NCBI RefSeq assembly: GCF_004010195.1 | Contig: NC_057719.1 | Location: 68,999,159-69,059,780, forward strand | Source of the DNA: Chiloscyllium plagiosum | Taxonomy: Eukaryota | Reading direction: 5' to 3' | Length of the DNA: 60,622 nucleotides | Part shown: in pieces, positions 52,501 to 58,631 of the stretch | Layout of the letters: each line of letters begins with the position of its first letter | Position numbering within the stretch: the first letter of the stretch is position 1 | The notes under the pieces: model-generated | The model's input: only the letters and a program-made list of their open reading frames with translations | What the model was told of the DNA's origin: nothing | Databases searched by the model: none | Program-made: the position numbers and the translations under genes

Positions 52501-55500
52501 GATTTCTTTTCAAATCTTGTTACACAATTGACCTGATTTATTCCGGGATATTGACATTTTGCAAGTTGTTTTTATGAGAAAAGAAAATGACCTAAAAGTA
52601 TGGTGCAGAGTGTAAAGCGTTTGTATAAGTCAGTTGCTCGTTGGTCCTAATGTCTCAATTTCAGCCATATTGTGCCGAGAAGTACCAAGTGGAAATGAGC
52701 CATTTCCCTTCACTGTGTTGAGGTTTGGGGTGGGGATATTGGAGTGCAGTTGGTTGTGTCAACCACCTCTCTGCCTGTTGGTAATAGAAGAACTAAAGTG
52801 AGAGCTGTGCAAAGGAATGGCGATGTTTCTTTAAGTATCTGATAAAGCTAACCTGTCGTCTTCAAATTAATAGACAAATTTGTGGTCACATTATTTTGTG
52901 ATTGAAGACTGTGCAGTTTTGCAATTTATGCAGTCTGAATACATGGAATGAACAAAGACCAATCATCCCATTAAAGCTACTTGTTTAGATGAATCATGTT
53001 GATTTTGGTTTATCATAGTCTGACTAATGAGGTTTGGAGCTGCCAGGCTCCAAAGCATATTTCAACATGTATTACTTATTTCTGTCATCAGTTTTTATTG
53101 AAATTTATTTCACATACCTCCTACACAACATTTATATGACCGGGAAATTGATTTCCGTCAATCTTGCTACCTTCTCCTTAGCTTTCTGTTCAAAAATTTA
53201 GATTTTTTTATTTCTTCTAGGTCACCACAGTGGACAGATTCCAAGGGCAACAGAATGACTATATTATCCTCTCTTTGGTACGGACTAAAGCTGTTGGACA
53301 TCTCAGGTATAGTGTGAACCATGATTTTTGATCACTAATAAGCCACAAGATGAGATGATATTGAGTGATACCATCACAAAACTGGTAGAAATATTTGCAA
53401 ATAGTTTAGGCATCCTGAAATAAATCTTTCAAGTAATCAAATGAAAGTATTTTCATGGACTTAACTTTTAAAGCTGAAATTTCTTTATCCTCTCTATATC
53501 TTGTAGTCTTAAGCAGTGTTCCAGGGTCTGATCATTGTCTTGCATAATAGTTTCCAAAAAAAGTCCTGTGATATCAGGATGTCAGTACACAATTTCATTC
53601 AATTACCAGGTTGCTATTCCTACAATTCACTGTGGTGGCGAAACGGAATAAAGATTCTTATCACTGGATTGAAAGAAATATTTTTTAAAAACTGATGAAA
53701 CTGCAGTGTAGATGTGCAGAAGTATTGTGGCATGTTGTGATCTTATTTTTCTTCAAGTCATCTTTAGAGAATCAAAAAGAAGTTTCAATGTTAAAAATCT
53801 GGAATGGAATCAAAACTGATAGCAATGTTATCTTATCTTGCTACTTCAGCTTGCTGTGCTGGCCTGTATTTTTAGCCTTTATAATTTTGTGTTGTAAAAC
53901 TCAGTTTCCAAGAATGGTTAATCTTCCCTTCATTTAGCAGTCTCACAGCACAAAGCAGTTCCGCTGGCAATACTGATTAGGTTCAAGGATGGTTAACTAT
54001 ACTAATAATCTGTGTAGATGAGTAGTGACTAAATTTGTTTTAGAACAGACGTTTATCTATGGTAAGATAGTACTTCAGTAGCAAGGTATAAAAACCACAT
54101 GAATATGTTTTTTCATCATAAACTGCTGCCAAACGCCCATGAGTCAATTCCATGTGAAACACTACACTAGAACCCTGAGTATAATTTAGAAAATGTTTCA
54201 TTGCATTCAGCACGTGAAAATTAAAACATACCAAGTCTAACTAAAATGTTAGACTGACAAGCAACGGAAGCTACTAATCTAAAATTCAACTAGCTGTGTG
54301 TTTCATCGGTTGTTTTTTTTTGCAAGCCGTAGATTTTAACTATAATACTTTAGGTGGAAACTGTATCTCTAATTTTAGTTTTCATTTGTCATAACGTAAT
54401 TTAAATGAGTCATTCATCATTAGAAATGCTGATAAAATGAGTTGGACAATCTAGTATCTTTCATCTTAATAAGGGATAAGTAGTAAGTGTATTTTGAACT
54501 TTCTCACTATTTTGAGAATTTCTTTCTTTCCAAGTTTGTTAAGCTGTGGAATTCTCTTTGCTAGAGCACAGTGAGGATACTATTATTGAATATTTTTAAG
54601 ATTGATTTAGGTAGATTTTTGATTGACAAGTGAGTCAAAGTTAAGGCTTTGAATTGACGCCCACAATTAGATCAGGCATGACCTGATCATCCAAATGGCG
54701 AACTCATGTTTCTAATTTGCATCTTCATAGATATTAAGGAGCATAATGTATTAAAATTGAATTCAATTTGTACTGAAAGCAGACATTGTCAGTGTAAAAA
54801 TTAGATTAACATTTTTAGACATGATACACTGCATCTTTGTGACTGACCTGTTTCACCAATGCTGTATAGCCATGCATTTTCAGCTTGCAGCTTGAAGTTT
54901 CCTGCCACCGGTTTTGAATTAATATTGGAATCCGAATCCCTTTGCTGAAATGATATTTATTAGATGCATTTTTAATTTATTTTAAATTGGGTTGGGTTTT
55001 TGTTTAAAGCAGTAAACCTCTGATATTAACCAATGTCTTCCTTCACAACCAGAGATGTTCGGCGATTAGTTGTTGCCATGTCAAGAGCCAGGCTTGGGCT
55101 GTACATCTTTGCAAGAGTATCACTGTTCCAGAACTGCTTTGAGCTTACTCCAGCCTTTAATCAGCTAACTGCTCGACCACTCCAGCTACACATTGTACCC
55201 TCTGAGTATCACCCGACAGACAGAAGGGTAACTTCTACCAAATGACGAATGATTTTACCGTGCAACGTGGCTTTTCGCTGTGATTTTACGCATATTCTCC
55301 TGTAAATAATGGTTACATTTGATTTTTTTTTCAGAATGGTGATATTCCAACCCATTTAATGAGAATCATCAAAAACATGCCTGAGATGGCAAACTTCGTT
55401 TACAATATGTACATGCAGATGATTCAGAATATGCACCAATATAGAAAGGTAAAGAGCTGTTTTTATTTCTCATTCAGTTCAGGAAGTGTTCATACAGTTT

Positions 55501-57782
55501 GAAGTCTGTATGTTAGGTGAACAGTAGACTCCAAACTAGTTACAAGAGCTTCTTGTCAGGAAGTTATTGCAAATAGTTTATGTAATGAAGAGAAAACTAA
55601 TTTGCCTGTTAATTTATTTTGTGCATCTGCTTTTATTTGTAAGTATAAAAGGGTTTAAAACTAATTAAAGAGGGAGAAGGATATGGAAGAGAGGAAATGT
55701 AGGCTAACAAGGCAAAAGAATGTGGCAACATTACAGGGCACCTACTTGGATTAATGATACCAAATGGGACAGGAATGAACAGTGTATTAACATAGAAAAA
55801 CAGCAGCAAACAAGATCAAAGAGGAGAGGAAAACAGTAAAAAGGCAAAATTATTGACTCTTTACTTGAGTACACAAAGTATTTGGAACAAAATGAATGAA
55901 TTAACAGCGCAAGTAGAGGTTGATAAATATAATCTTGTAATGGAAATGTGTTGCTGGAAAAGCGCAGCAACACATTTCCATCTCTGATCTCCAGCATCTG
56001 CAGACCTCACTTTCTCCTCAAATATAATCTTGTAACCTTGTTTCTACTGTGGCTATAAGGAGATCAAAGTTTTGAACTAAATAGTCAGGGTTATGTGGCT
56101 TTTCAAAAGGCAAGGAGGTAATGGTGACAAGGTAGCTTAGTTTATATAGAATGAACTAAGTAACAATGGCAAAAAATGAGCTTGGATTGGAAGATGGAAA
56201 TGACACAAATATTGATTGGAAGGCAAGTTGGGAGGATGACATAGATTATGCAGGGGGACATATATAGGTTAAGCAATTTGACTCATAGTTGACAGATGCA
56301 TATAATATGGGAAATGTAAGATAACGTATCTTGGCATTGTTTTTTAATATTCATTCACAGAAGGCATCATTAGCTAGCCCAGCATTTACTGCCCATCCCT
56401 AATTGCCCAATGGTCAGTTAAGAGTCAACCACATTGCTGTGGTCTCGTGACACTCACTGAAGGACATTAGTGAACCAGATGAGATTACCCAATAATTAAC
56501 AATGGCTTTCTGATTATCATTAGACTCTTAATTCCAGATTTTTATTGAATTCAGATTCCAACATCTGTCATGGTGGGATTCAAGCACAGGTCTCCAGACA
56601 TTACCTGGGTCTCTGGATAAACATTCCAGTGATAATACCACTCAGCCATCACCTCCCGTGAAGATAGAAGAGCTGAATATTTTTTTAAATGGAGGAAAAC
56701 TGCATTAAAGCAGTTGCACAAGAGTGGTTTAAGTTGGAGAAAAGCTTCCTCAAGTGCACCTTACCGGATAGAAATCACACTTTTCCAATTAACTGTCAAA
56801 TTTTATTTAACACTTCTGTGAAGTATCTTGTGATGTTTCATTGTCAAAGACACTAAAATAAATCAAGTTGGTAAGTCATCTGTCTTAAAGGCTATCTATA
56901 GCATTAATACGAATATGAGGCAAAATGACAATAACCTTAATGTTTTTAACATAGAATTTTAATGTTTGTCTCATGAAATTAAGAAGCATTTTGTAAAATC
57001 ATCTTTTCCCCCTTTCTGCACTGCTAATTTCTGCATTTCACAAAATAAAAAAGAAATCTGACCTCTTGCCATGCAAGATCTCTTCACACAATGATGTTTT
57101 GGTACCTTATTTGCTTTGACAAGTTGTAGATTTTCCAGCTTACCTTCTCTCTACTGCAATATATAAATGAAAGTGGTGGAAAATAAATGTACAGGGAAGT
57201 ATAAGCTTAATTTTCAAATGTTGAATGCAGATTTGGGATTGATTTTAGTAGGAAAGCTTTTGTTTTTGTTTTCCCCTTTACTTGTCACTGCACCTTGCTT
57301 GTATTCAGGAGTAGTTAAGATTTGCAGGACAGATTTGAAAAATTAAGGTAACTTATTGAATATTGGACAGAAGGTGAATGTTGAGATATTCTAATAATGA
57401 TATTTCTTAATGTGGATTTCTACATTTAAAAGCTTGGAGACAGTTTTTTGTAATTATGATTGTTACATTTCATTATGCTTTCCACAGTTACTTGATGTTT
57501 CTTTGATATTAACAGAGCCCCTGCACAGAACATATATCATTACCAGTTTTCATATTGGTATAGACATTCAGTAAATACTCTTTTTTTTCTGTGCAGCAGT
57601 TACTTCCACCACCAGAACCGGCTCCTGTGCCAGTTATTGAGAATGTCAAAGAAACGAAAGAGTCAGTTCCTGAGAATAAAGGTGAAGAGACAACAGAGGA
57701 GGACTATAAACAAATGCCTGAGCACCCTGGCAGGGACAGTGATAGTGAGGGCAGTGGAACTGAAGAGGACAAAGAAAGTTAA
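4506..57782 (+). CDS. AQR: Aquarius intron-binding spliceosomal RNA helicase, 5'-partial spliced CDS (32 exons, ~1384 aa in window)
   Basis: Exon translations match vertebrate AQR ([45 protein letters not shown]). All introns are GT-AG, phases are consistent and the summed length is 4156 nt (1 nt + 1385 codons including TAA). Confidence 0.98.
4645..4765 (+). CDS. AQR: AQR exon 2/32 (121 nt)
   Basis: atag|C CAG TAT...TGG GAG|gtaag; [40 protein letters not shown]. Confidence 0.95.
6434..6574 (+). CDS. AQR: AQR exon 3/32 (141 nt)
   Basis: ttag|ACC...AGC TTG|gtaag; [13 protein letters not shown]...FLDHCFNSL. Confidence 0.95.
6730..7430 (-). mobile_element. Old CR1 LINE fragments
   Basis: Reverse-complement similarity to CR1 3' tail and RT segments found elsewhere in the window. 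Confidence 0.6.
8030..8500 (+). mobile_element. Old CR1 LINE 3' fragment
   Basis: ggagtttacaagaatgagaggtgactttatagaaaca ... gaatggtggagcaggttcaaaggacc tail resembles 3530-3930. Confidence 0.7.
9122..9190 (+). CDS. AQR: AQR exon 4/32 (69 nt)
   Basis: acag|GAA GTA GAC...CTT TCT|gtaag; [23 protein letters not shown]. Confidence 0.95.
9412..9512 (+). CDS. AQR: AQR exon 5/32 (101 nt)
   Basis: tcag|TCA CGA...GAA CA|gtaag; [23 protein letters not shown]. Confidence 0.95.
9763..9839 (+). CDS. AQR: AQR exon 6/32 (77 nt)
   Basis: gaag|G GCA AAT...TCA G|gtaac; [25 protein letters not shown]. Confidence 0.92.
11725..11795 (+). repeat. PLE pLTR fragment (downstream of hammerhead)
   Basis: gttgactctcctgctc..gctgcctgacctgctgtgcttt resembles 30856-30905. 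Confidence 0.65.
11930..12150 (-). mobile_element. Old CR1 fragment
   Basis: aaccttcctgaaatgggatgcccagaactgca is the reverse complement of the CR1 CVQFW region. Confidence 0.5.
12468..12532 (+). CDS. AQR: AQR exon 7/32 (65 nt)
   Basis: gtag|GG CCA...TTG GAG|gtaag; [21 protein letters not shown]. Confidence 0.95.
12758..12874 (+). CDS. AQR: AQR exon 8/32 (117 nt)
   Basis: aaag|GCA CTC...TGC CAG|gtgag; [18 protein letters not shown]. Confidence 0.95.
13420..13566 (-). repeat. PLE-type pLTR fragment with degenerate hammerhead (13532-13566)
   Basis: Minus strand TTGAGGA-A-GGGTC(ACTC)GACCC-AAAGTGTTAA; same family as 48276-48410. Confidence 0.65.
14625..14738 (+). CDS. AQR: AQR exon 9/32 (114 nt)
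   Basis: gtag|CTG TTA...CTT CAG|gtaag; [22 protein letters not shown]. Confidence 0.95.
14816..15859. mobile_element. Non-autonomous Tc1/mariner (Tigger/pogo-like) DNA transposon, 1044 bp
   Basis: TIRs CTGAACAACCTCAATTATCCGA / revcomp CAGAACAACCTCAGTTATCAGA (19/22 identical), TA on both sides (14814-15, 15860-61), subterminal ggataa repeats. Confidence 0.85.
15912..15943 (-). repeat. Degenerate hammerhead-like core in an unclassified repeat
   Basis: Minus strand CTGATGA-GT(GCAAG)AT-GAAA-AGTTC; stem I not paired. Confidence 0.4.
17073..17130 (-). mobile_element. 58-bp CR1 3'-end insertion with 8-bp TSD
   Basis: Similar to 43354-43412; flanked by AATATTAT at 17065-72 and 17131-38. Confidence 0.8.
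17229..17332 (+). CDS. AQR: AQR exon 10/32 (104 nt)
   Basis: gcag|AGG GCA...CTT GG|gtaag; [27 protein letters not shown]. Confidence 0.95.
17739..17841 (+). CDS. AQR: AQR exon 11/32 (103 nt)
   Basis: ccag|T CCC...ATG TTG|gtagg; [15 protein letters not shown]...KEFLLEML. Confidence 0.93.
17946..18066 (+). CDS. AQR: AQR exon 12/32 (121 nt)
   Basis: atag|GTG TCC...GAA G|gtatg; [40 protein letters not shown]. Confidence 0.96.
18190..18331 (+). CDS. AQR: AQR exon 13/32 (142 nt)
   Basis: ccag|GA TGC...CCA TG|gtgag; [36 protein letters not shown]. Confidence 0.96.
18840..19150 (+). mobile_element. CR1 LINE fragment
   Basis: gagtacaggagttgggacatcatgttg..gtgcagttctgg matches 32685-32900. Confidence 0.8.
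20191..20369 (+). CDS. AQR: AQR exon 14/32 (179 nt)
   Basis: atag|G CAG...GAA G|gtaac; [15 protein letters not shown]...[12 protein letters not shown]. Confidence 0.96.
20757..20924 (+). CDS. AQR: AQR exon 15/32 (168 nt)
   Basis: gtag|CA CTT...GAA G|gtact; [14 protein letters not shown]...[18 protein letters not shown]. Confidence 0.96.
21050..21420 (+). mobile_element. Old DeuSINE-like element with L2-type tail
   Basis: Degenerate Deu-domain-like segment (ctgaggatcgctacattgttg..gagatgttgaac, aaaagatcctgtggca) and L2-like tail; recognised from memory. Confidence 0.45.
21500..21669 (+). CDS. AQR: AQR exon 16/32 (170 nt)
   Basis: atag|GC CCT...TTT AAG|gtgat; PEPKPRLKG...[10 protein letters not shown]. 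Confidence 0.96.
21730..22376 (+). mobile_element. Old tRNA-head SINE with a LINE-shared 3' tail, interrupted by the HE1-type SINE
   Basis: cacctggtttactaatatcctttaggga..ctggcctatgtgactcca..caattagagatagtcaataaatg is the same family as 56340-56657(-). Confidence 0.55.
21831..22143 (-). mobile_element. HE1-type V-SINE, full length
   Basis: Minus strand GGGCGGCACGG; A box TGGCTCAGTGG (22122-32), B box GGGTTCAATTCC (22078-89), V-domain core, CR1-derived tail ending in (AAATC)n. Confidence 0.9.
22790..23000. repeat. Old PLE-pLTR-derived inverted repeat (MITE-like hairpin)
   Basis: Arms 22814-22861 and 22945-22995 are reverse complements; AGGTC-ATT-GACCT hammerhead stem II remnant at 22911-22923. 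Confidence 0.75.
23726..24284 (+). mobile_element. CR1 LINE 3' fragment
   Basis: Matches 32690-33270; possible AAAATT TSD at 23720-25 and 24285-90. Confidence 0.85.
24368..24661 (-). mobile_element. Short non-autonomous PLE derivative with hammerhead (24426-24461), circularly permuted pLTR
   Basis: pLTR similar to 29886-30002 and 36847-36975. Minus strand ATTC-CCGATGA-A-GGGC(TTTT)GCCC-GAAAC-GTC-GATT. The gactgcagatgctgga end piece sits at the opposite side. Confidence 0.8.
24830..25490 (-). mobile_element. CR1 LINE 3' fragment
   Basis: Reverse complement of the CR1 3' region, similar to 3300-3900. Confidence 0.8.
25685..25926 (+). CDS. AQR: AQR exon 17/32 (242 nt)
   Basis: tcag|GCA GTG...TTT AG|gtaag; [30 protein letters not shown]. 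Confidence 0.96.
26196..26342 (+). CDS. AQR: AQR exon 18/32 (147 nt)
   Basis: ttag|G ATC...AAG AG|gtaaa; [14 protein letters not shown]...[12 protein letters not shown]. Confidence 0.95.
28631..31169 (-). mobile_element. CR1 LINE (HER1-like) 3' half, split by a PLE at 29886-30920
   Basis: ORF 29464-29649(-) [27 protein letters not shown]; sequence resumes after the PLE colinearly with the 43350-45010 copy. Confidence 0.9.
29886..30928 (-). mobile_element. Neptune-type PLE 3' portion (Cys-rich linker + GIY-YIG) with inverted pLTRs
   Basis: Minus strand [14 protein letters not shown] and [18 protein letters not shown]; ~126-bp inverted repeats 29902-30027 / 30801-30928, each with a decayed hammerhead (29967-30002 minus, 30827-30862 plus). 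Confidence 0.9.
31903..33469 (-). mobile_element. HE1-type V-SINE split (31903-32010 and 33274-33469) by a CR1 insertion
   Basis: The two halves rejoin to match 21855-22140. Confidence 0.88.
32011..33267 (+). mobile_element. 5'-truncated CR1 (HER1-like) LINE with 6-bp TSD
   Basis: ORF 32250-32777 [39 protein letters not shown]; (ctctatga) tail; CTAACA at 32005-10 and 33268-73. Confidence 0.93.
34351..34420 (+). CDS. AQR: AQR exon 19/32 (70 nt)
   Basis: ccag|A AAC...ACA ATG|gtaag; [23 protein letters not shown] (Q motif). Confidence 0.96.
34510..34590 (-). repeat. Old PLE-type pLTR fragment
   Basis: aaatgctggaaatttaaaataaaaacacaagatgctg..caggcagcatct is the reverse complement of 48325-48400. 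Confidence 0.55.
34654..34764 (+). CDS. AQR: AQR exon 20/32 (111 nt), Walker A
   Basis: ctag|GTA GTA GGC...AAC CAG|gtatg; [37 protein letters not shown]. Confidence 0.97.
36846..37425 (-). mobile_element. Young Neptune-type PLE 3' fragment (GIY-YIG C-terminus + pLTR)
   Basis: ORF 37127-37312(-) [28 protein letters not shown]; CpG-rich; similar to 29886-30420. Confidence 0.9.
36940..36975 (-). ncRNA. Intact minimal type I hammerhead ribozyme motif
   Basis: Minus strand ATTC-CTGAAGA-A-GGGC(CTGT)GCCC-GAAAC-GTC-GAAT: perfect stems I and II, intact core, GUC triplet. Confidence 0.88.
39401..39510 (+). CDS. AQR: AQR exon 21/32 (110 nt)
   Basis: ccag|GCA TTG...AGC AG|gtaag; [36 protein letters not shown]. 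Confidence 0.97.
39640..39746 (-). mobile_element. Short CR1 RT fragment
   Basis: aactccatctaccactcctcagcccattggcccatctg matches 43860-43920. Confidence 0.75.
39747..39990 (-). mobile_element. Old tRNA-head SINE (family of 56340-56657)
   Basis: ctgccatggtggaacttga..cattagcctggg..caccatctcc. Confidence 0.6.
40115..40480 (-). mobile_element. Old CR1 3' fragment
   Basis: ORF 40279-40476(-) [13 protein letters not shown]. Confidence 0.65.
40826..41163. repeat. 169-bp tandem duplication overlapping an old DeuSINE-like element (minus strand, ~40700-40905)
   Basis: 40826-40994 and 40995-41163 are identical except for one substitution and a 19-nt block. Confidence 0.9.
41463..41598 (+). CDS. AQR: AQR exon 22/32 (136 nt)
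   Basis: atag|A TAT...TAT CAG|gtgag; [15 protein letters not shown]...[13 protein letters not shown]. Confidence 0.96.
41700..42240 (-). mobile_element. CR1 3' fragment
   Basis: acagcccctcaagcctgctccaccatt..aaattcctcctcatcttagtcttaaat, similar to 24830-25490. Confidence 0.75.
42843..43052 (+). CDS. AQR: AQR exon 23/32 (210 nt)
   Basis: tcag|GTG ATG...CTG GAG|gtagg; [11 protein letters not shown]...[16 protein letters not shown]. Confidence 0.96.
43352..45010 (-). mobile_element. Young CR1 (HER1-like) LINE, 5'-truncated, with an assembly gap (N 43719-43853) and an internal duplication
   Basis: ORF 43870-44511(-) [35 protein letters not shown]; (ctctatga) tail. Confidence 0.95.
46527..46664 (+). 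CDS. AQR: AQR exon 24/32 (138 nt)
   Basis: gcag|GAG TTT...TTC AAG|gtaaa; [37 protein letters not shown]. Confidence 0.96.
46885..49060 (-). mobile_element. Old CR1/L2-group LINE (family of 27060-33600) with internal deletions
   Basis: ORF 47318-47533(-) [25 protein letters not shown]; shared 3' tail. Confidence 0.8.
48276..48410 (+). repeat. PLE-type pLTR with degenerate hammerhead (48276-48312), inserted in the LINE
   Basis: GTT-CTGAGGA-ATGGTTTACTCGACCC-GAAAC-ATG-AAC followed by ccacagatgct..cagcatctgcag tail. Confidence 0.7.
49190..49850 (+). mobile_element. Old L2-clade LINE RT fragment
   Basis: Decayed QSGF, ETAL, AFDTIDH, VLGP motifs. Confidence 0.65.
50715..50786 (+). CDS. AQR: AQR exon 25/32 (72 nt), Walker B (MEEAAQ)
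   Basis: acag|TAT GAC...CTA CAA|gtaag; [24 protein letters not shown]. Confidence 0.96.
51230..51417 (+). CDS. AQR: AQR exon 26/32 (188 nt)
   Basis: atag|AAC CCT...GCT AG|gtaaa; [20 protein letters not shown]...QGRARA. Confidence 0.97.
51440..51790 (-). mobile_element. Old DeuSINE-like element
   Basis: acacctctggaactgtggtactccttcagtattacattgaagcatcagcct resembles the reverse-complement Deu domain (from memory) and 40820-40895. Confidence 0.5.
51940..52111 (+). CDS. AQR: AQR exon 27/32 (172 nt)
   Basis: taag|T TTG TGT...TAC CAG|gtaaa; [18 protein letters not shown]...[11 protein letters not shown]. Confidence 0.96.
52326..52496 (+). CDS. AQR: AQR exon 28/32 (171 nt)
   Basis: acag|AAT CTG...AGC AAG|gtagg; [35 protein letters not shown]. 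Confidence 0.96.
53221..53306 (+). CDS. AQR: AQR exon 29/32 (86 nt)
   Basis: ctag|GTC ACC...CTC AG|gtata; [28 protein letters not shown]. Confidence 0.96.
54460..54725 (+). mobile_element. Old CR1 3' tail
   Basis: ctgtggaattctct..gaatatttttaag..gtagatttttgattgacaag. Confidence 0.6.
55053..55227 (+). CDS. AQR: AQR exon 30/32 (175 nt), helicase motif VI
   Basis: ccag|A GAT GTT...AGA AGG|gtaac; [33 protein letters not shown]. Confidence 0.96.
55335..55448 (+). CDS. AQR: AQR exon 31/32 (114 nt)
   Basis: tcag|AAT GGT...AGA AAG|gtaaa; [16 protein letters not shown]. Confidence 0.94.
55941..56019 (+). mobile_element. 79-bp PLE pLTR end with 5' inversion and 16-bp TSD
   Basis: AAATATAATCTTGTAA at 55925-40 and 56020-35; 16-bp hairpin arms 55941-56 / 55965-80; 3' part is the reverse complement of 36846-36879. 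Confidence 0.9.
56340..56657 (-). mobile_element. tRNA-head SINE with LINE-derived tail
   Basis: Minus strand gggaggtgatggctgagtggta (A-box-like), B-box-like segment, tail gggcaattagggatgggcagtaaatgctgg shared with the old LINE family. Confidence 0.75.
57597..57782 (+). CDS. AQR: AQR last coding exon 32/32 (acidic tail, TAA stop)
   Basis: Polypyrimidine tract then gtgcag|CAG TTA CTT CCA; in frame to TAA 57780-57782; followed by AATAAA. Start could be 57600 (NAGNAG). Confidence 0.85.
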   Translation, partial: QLLPPPEPAPVPVIENVKETKESVPENKGEETTEEDYKQMPEHPGRDSDSEGSGTEEDKES

Positions 57783-57980
57783 TGGTTCCTTGCTCCAAAC
57801 ATTGTAAAGGTTTGAATGCACAGATGTATAGAAGTTGGACATCTCAGAGTGTCACTTGCCAGATTCTTTGTGTAGGACGTTGACCAGTATTCACAAGTGT
57901 TGTCACGTGGCCTGCAGAAAATAGTTTTGATTGTAATTGAGGTTTTGAACAATCTATTTTGTAATTTTCAAAGATGTTTT

Positions 57981-57986
57981 AATAAA
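57981..57986 (+). terminator. AQR polyadenylation signal AATAAA
   Basis: AATAAA 199 nt after the stop, in U-rich context with TG/T-rich sequence downstream. Confidence 0.7.
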
Positions 57987-58552
57987 TTTTGTTTAAAAAA
58001 AATCACTGTGAGCATATCTGTAACGATCAGCAGCTTTTGATTTGTTCTAACTGTCTTCATTGGTTAGTTTAAGCAGCATCTGATGCTCAGCCTGCTGACT
58101 ATATTATTGGTGTTGGTGATGATGGACTATAAAAAGGAGAAGGCAGCAACTGGAACCAACAGTATGATTATCCTGACTTCAGAGATTGTTCCCACTTTAG
58201 TTTCTGGTTAATGGTAACTCTCAGGGTGTCGATAATGAGAGAGACTCATTGATGAGAACAATTGAATGTCAAGGAGAGATGTTTGGATTTTCTCTTGCTG
58301 GAGGTTGTCAGTGTAAATATTACTTGCTGTGAATTCTACAGCGCAAAAATCATTTCCTTGCTGTCCAAAGCCCGTCCACCATCTACAAGGCACAAGTCAG
58401 GAATCTGATGGTGTACTTTCCGTTTGCCGAGATAGCGCAACTCCAACAATAGTTAAGAAATTTGATTTGGAGATGCCGGTGTTGGACTGGGGTGTACAAA
58501 GTTAAAAATCACACAACACCAGGTTATAATCCAACAGGTTTAATTGGAAGCA

Positions 58553-58587
58553 CACTAGCTTTCGGAGCGACATTCCTTCATCAGGTG
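58553..58587 (-). ncRNA. Minimal hammerhead motif (left arm)
   Basis: Minus strand CAC-CTGATGA-A-GGAAT(GTC)GCTCC-GAAA-GC-TA-GTG. Confidence 0.75.
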
Positions 58588-58596
58588 ATTGACAAT

Positions 58597-58631
58597 CACC
58601 TGATGAAGGAGCGTCGCTCTGAAAGCTAGTG
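58597..58631 (+). ncRNA. Minimal hammerhead motif (right arm)
   Basis: CAC-CTGATGA-A-GGAGC(GTC)GCTCT-GAAA-GC-TA-GTG; AGCT palindromic stem III, CUA triplet. Confidence 0.8.

Noticed and set aside
4542..57596. U12-type or non-canonical introns in AQR
   Set aside because: All 31 introns are GT-AG and none has the GTATCCT donor
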